A DNA stretch of 64,000 nt from assembly GCF_028641065.1 (NCBI RefSeq), contig NC_073378.1, forward strand, positions 62,558,001 to 62,622,000, read 5' to 3'. Below are positions 60,045 to 64,000 of the stretch, in pieces (the first letter of the stretch is position 1; each line of letters opens with the position of its first letter). The notes beneath the pieces were generated by a model. It was not told the DNA's origin and did not search any database. It saw only the letters and a program-made list of their open reading frames with translations. The stretch is from Leucoraja erinacea. Lineage: Eukaryota. The position numbers were made by a program, and so were the translations under genes.

Positions 60045-61420
60045 GTCATAGAACAGTACAGCACAAGAACAGGCCCTTCAGTCCACAATGTCAATGCCAA
60101 ACTTGACGCCAAGATAAACTCATTTAATCTGCCTATACATGATCCCTCCATTCTACAATACAATACAATAATACAATACAATACAATTTATTTGTCATTT
60201 GAACCCCTTTGAGGTTCAAACGAAATGTTGTTTCTGCAGTCATACACACAAGAAAGAACCAAGACACAACACAATTTACACAAACATCCATCACAGCGCA
60301 TCTCCTCCTCGCTGCGATGGAAGGCAAAGACTTATCTCTCCCCTGCACTCCCCATTCCCCTCCCGATGTCAGAGTCAAAGCCCCCGGCGGGCGATGGTAA
60401 TTGTCCCGCGGCCATTTACGCCGTGCCGGGTGATGTAAGGCCGCGCTCCGGGTCTTGGTGTTGGAGCTCTTCAACCCCGCAACTCGGGCGGGTGAAGTCA
60501 CGTTGCGGAAGCCCCGAAAAGCGATCCCAGCAGGGACCCGCGGGCTCCCGGTGTCACTGTCTACCAGACCTGCGGTTGGAGCTCCGAATCACCGGGGTCG
60601 GGCTGCAGCAGCGCGCCACCACAGCTCTACCCGCTCCGAACGCGGCCAGCTCCACGATGGTGAGTAGGTCCGCAGCTCCGCGACTGGAGCCCCAGGTCGT
60701 TCCTGCTGGTGGCCGCTCCACGGTGCTCGGCCCCAACGACAACGGAGACCCGACAGAGAAAAGGTCGGGTTCTCCGTGCAGGGGATAGATTTTAAAAGTT
60801 TTCCCCACCCCCCACACACACACCCACACACATACATAAAAATAATAAAAACTACATTCAAACGAGACAAAAAATAATAAAAAGACAGACGGACTGCAGA
60901 GGCCGCTGCGACGTGAGTCGCGCCGCCCACGTGACCTCCCAACTGTGCATATACTGTGCATATACTATGCACATTCTGTGCATATACATATGCCTTTTTG
61001 AAAACCTTTAAATTGCCACTATCATATCTGCCTCCATCACCACCCTGACAGCATTTTTCATGCACCAACGACACTCTGTGTAAAAAAAATACTTACACCA
61101 CACTTCAACTTTGCTCCTCTCACCATAAAGCTATACCCTCTAGTCTTTGACATGGATGGCCCAACCCATCTATGCCTCTCATAATTCCATATACTTTTAT
61201 CACATCTCCTGTCAACCTCCAGGATTCCAAAGAAAACAATCCAAGTTTGTCTAACCTCTTTGTGTAGTTACTATTCCCTAATCCAGGCAGCATTCTGGTA
61301 AACCTCTACTGCAACCTCTCCAAAGCCTCCACATCCTTCTTGAAAAGGGTTGAATAGAACTGCAAAACATTCTCAAAATGTGGTCTAACTAAAGTCCTAT
61401 AGAGCTGCAGGTCACTTGTC
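60045..61420 (-). mobile_element. Old CR1 fragment interrupted by a GC-rich retroposon (60154-60935, minus)
   Basis: QLYRTLVRPHFE..QF...KKDVEALERLQ; the insert has a (TATTG)n tail and CpG-rich body. Confidence 0.72.
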
Positions 61421-61536
61421 TTCAGTGCCTGTTTCCCTGTTACTGTCCACATAGACCCATGTATACTGGCAGATGCAGAGAGAAGTACACCAACGATGCG
61501 GTGGGGATAAGTAATGGCTTTGGCTGATCTGGCTGT

Positions 61537-61930
61537 GAAGGACATTATTGCCATAGAGGGAGTGCAGAGAAGGTTCACCAGACTGATTCCTGGGATGTCA
61601 GGACTGTCTTATGAAGAAAGACTGGATAGACTTGGTTTATATTCTCTAGAATTTAGGAGATTGAGAGGGGATCTTATAGAAACTTACAAAATTCTTAAGG
61701 GGTTGGACAGGCTAGATGCAGGAAGATTGTTCCCGATGTTAGGGAAGTCCAGGACAAGGAGTCACAGCTTAAGGCAGGGGCGAGAGAGAGAACTTTTTTG
61801 ACACCAGAGAGTGGTGAATCTCTGGAACTCTCTGCAGAGGGTAGTTGAGGGTTCATTGGCTATATAAGTTAATGGCCCTTGTGGCTGATCTGGCTGTTGT
61901 TGATGCTGATCTTACAGGTCGAAGGGCCGA
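61537..61930 (+). mobile_element. CR1-like LINE 3' fragment
   Basis: KDIIAIEGVQRRFTRLIPGM...RGDLIETYKILKG; near identical to 54350-54590. Confidence 0.85.
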
Positions 61931-62654
61931 AAGAAGGGTCTCGAACTCGACCCGAAACGTCACCCATTCCTCCTCTCCAGAGATGTCCCGGTCCCACTGA
62001 TTTACTCCAGCTTTTTGTGTCTACCTTTGCTTCTTACTTTATTTTGTAAGGTTATGGATTTCACTATTATTACCCAATTTGCGTTGGTAAGCACAGAAAT
62101 GGATATTGCACATCGCATGACACCATTAGAAAATGCCAGACATACTGTCATGGATTGCAAATGGAAATGTCCAGGCCAATTTTGTGATGGTCACAAATCA
62201 AGCTGAAAATAAGCACAAGCATGATCTAATGTGAAATGGCCTTCATGAGTGAACTGGCTTTATTTTAGATGTTTTAAAATCTCTTACGTTCCCTATTTTT
62301 TTAATCATTCATAATTTTTATTTCTGACATGCACATACACATCTGCTTAGACATCTTTTTTGAAATCTGAAAATTCTAACCGTACCAGAAACTATTTTAA
62401 GTTGCTGGAAACAGAGAACCAAAAGATAGGGGCAGTATGTCTCCCAGCACTTTTTTTTACATTCTCTCATTCATTTAATCATGAGATTATTTTACTAATC
62501 GTGGAAGTGTTGTGAAGTGGAGCCCAAAAGCTCAATCTCAATTTGTTTATTTAAAATTATTCATAATCCAAATATGAAAGGGATTTGGAGCTGGCACAAG
62601 AAACAGAGAGCAACCAGGTTGTGTTTTCACTGGATGTGATGTTGGGGACATAAC

Positions 62655-62832
62655 AGACTACAGATGCTTGAATTCTGAGTAAAATACAAAGTGCTGGAGG
62701 AACTCAGCAGGACAGGCATCATCTCTGCAAGACATAGATGGACAAGGTTTATAGACAACATGGATAGAAAATTAATCCATCCATATTCTCCAGAGGTCCT
62801 GCCTTACCCGCTGAGTAACCTTAGCACTTTGT
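62655..62832. mobile_element. Old palindromic Penelope-derived short element
   Basis: acaaagtgctggaggaactcagc...gctgagtaaccttagcactttgt inverted arms. Confidence 0.55.
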
Positions 62833-64000
62833 GATGTGAGAATGGTGAGGAATCAACATTGTTTCCCAGCAACTGGAGGCTAAGAAGTCATGATGGAAAT
62901 TGCTGAGGAGATCAGTAGCATGTGCAATGTTGTTGGACTCAGTGGTGAAATGTACTGAAAGGATTACTGAAAGTGAGGAAAATTACACTTTCACTTAGAT
63001 GATTACAAACCAGGTTATGCCCCCCCCCCCCCCCCCCCCCCAACCCTCCTGCCCTTAATGCCCTCCGCTGCCTTCCACTTAATTTCCCATGAGTCTCCAG
63101 ACACTACTTTTCCAACAGAATTTTTTTGATATTTCCTCACTTACTGTCCCCATTGCATTGTTGGGGAAGAGAGCAATCATCCCCAAAATAGGAAAGGTTT
63201 TACATTTTCTCTGGTTGGTGTATCTTGCATTGGCTCTAGTCTCTGCAAGCCCAACACTGGCCAGGTTCTGAAAATCAATCTCTAAAGCTAAAGATGTTAG
63301 ATTGATTTTTAATGACAGATGAGATGAATAGTTGTCTAAACAAACTAAAGATCAGCACAAGTACAAGGTTTCTTCAGAATAATGTTTTGTCATTTTAAAC
63401 CTCATTTATTTATAACATTTAATGCACTTAATGATCTCTAATAATTACAAAGTGATGTGTAATTAGCATTATAATATCACTGACAGGATCAATATACCAA
63501 TAGAATTCTCCAAGGGAGCTGTAACAATGTGGTCTCTGACTTCAATGGACAATTAGTGGGAAAAATACTTCAGATTTGTTAGGTGGACATTTGAGTCGAT
63601 TCATAAAATTACATCACATGATTTACTTTCCATTTTGAGGAATTTGCAGATTACTTCACTTTAAACTAATGGCTTCCTTCCGTTCTGCGGACCCCTGTGA
63701 TGGTGATGTGGGTTGGGGTAAATTTCTGCAGTCATTCCCTTGACTATCTGGTGAAACTTTGGGGAGAGGGCTACTCATTCATTGAAAATGAGAAAAATCT
63801 GCCAGTGGAAATTCAGTCTCATAGCCCTTGTCATCTGATCAGGCTGACAGGACTGTAGTTTAAAGTCACTTCTGAAGGATCACAATCTTCAGGCAGTGGA
63901 TAGATTTTTAAAAGTAAAAGTTATTAACGCTTGTGAGGAGAGTGTGGGGATATGGTATTGAGACAGATGATCAGTCATGTTCTCAGAGCTTAATAGCGCA

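Noticed and set aside
63019-63041. Poly-C/poly-G runs (also 16025-16040, 45407-45421) as G-quadruplex elements
   Set aside because: Simple homopolymers of uncertain length; no further evidence.
19500-64000. Downstream host genes or miR-187 (a neighbour of GALNT1 in human, from recall)
   Set aside because: No spliceable exons with recognisable protein similarity, and I did not spot the miR-187 mature sequence by eye; a BLAST or Infernal search is needed to exclude them.

Overview
Vertebrate nuclear DNA, most likely from a cartilaginous fish (skate/ray), judged from HE1-like V-SINEs, HER1/CR1-like LINE tails and Penelope-like relics. The first ~19.4 kb hold the last six coding exons and 3' UTR of GALNT1 (polypeptide N-acetylgalactosaminyltransferase 1, + strand). 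They cover the end of the catalytic domain and the whole ricin lectin domain, with canonical AG/GT junctions and consistent phases. In the remaining ~45 kb I found no host exon. It is dominated by transposable elements: CR1 (one near full-length copy with a zinc-finger/esterase ORF1), L2, Rex1-like, RTE, Penelope-like, Gypsy relics, V-SINEs and a non-autonomous Helitron. GALNT1 introns carry a Tc1 (DD34E, IR/DR) and a 1.8-kb TA-flanked non-autonomous DNA transposon containing a tRNA-Met-like head and nested hairpins. The most notable signal is a family of more than 12 short Penelope-derived units. They are often palindromic and TSD-flanked, and carry a minimal hammerhead-ribozyme-like core (CTGAnGA-stem-GAAAC-GTC). 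Most ORFs in the supplied track are TE fragments or noise. All calls were made by eye; TE boundaries are approximate unless TSDs or termini are quoted.
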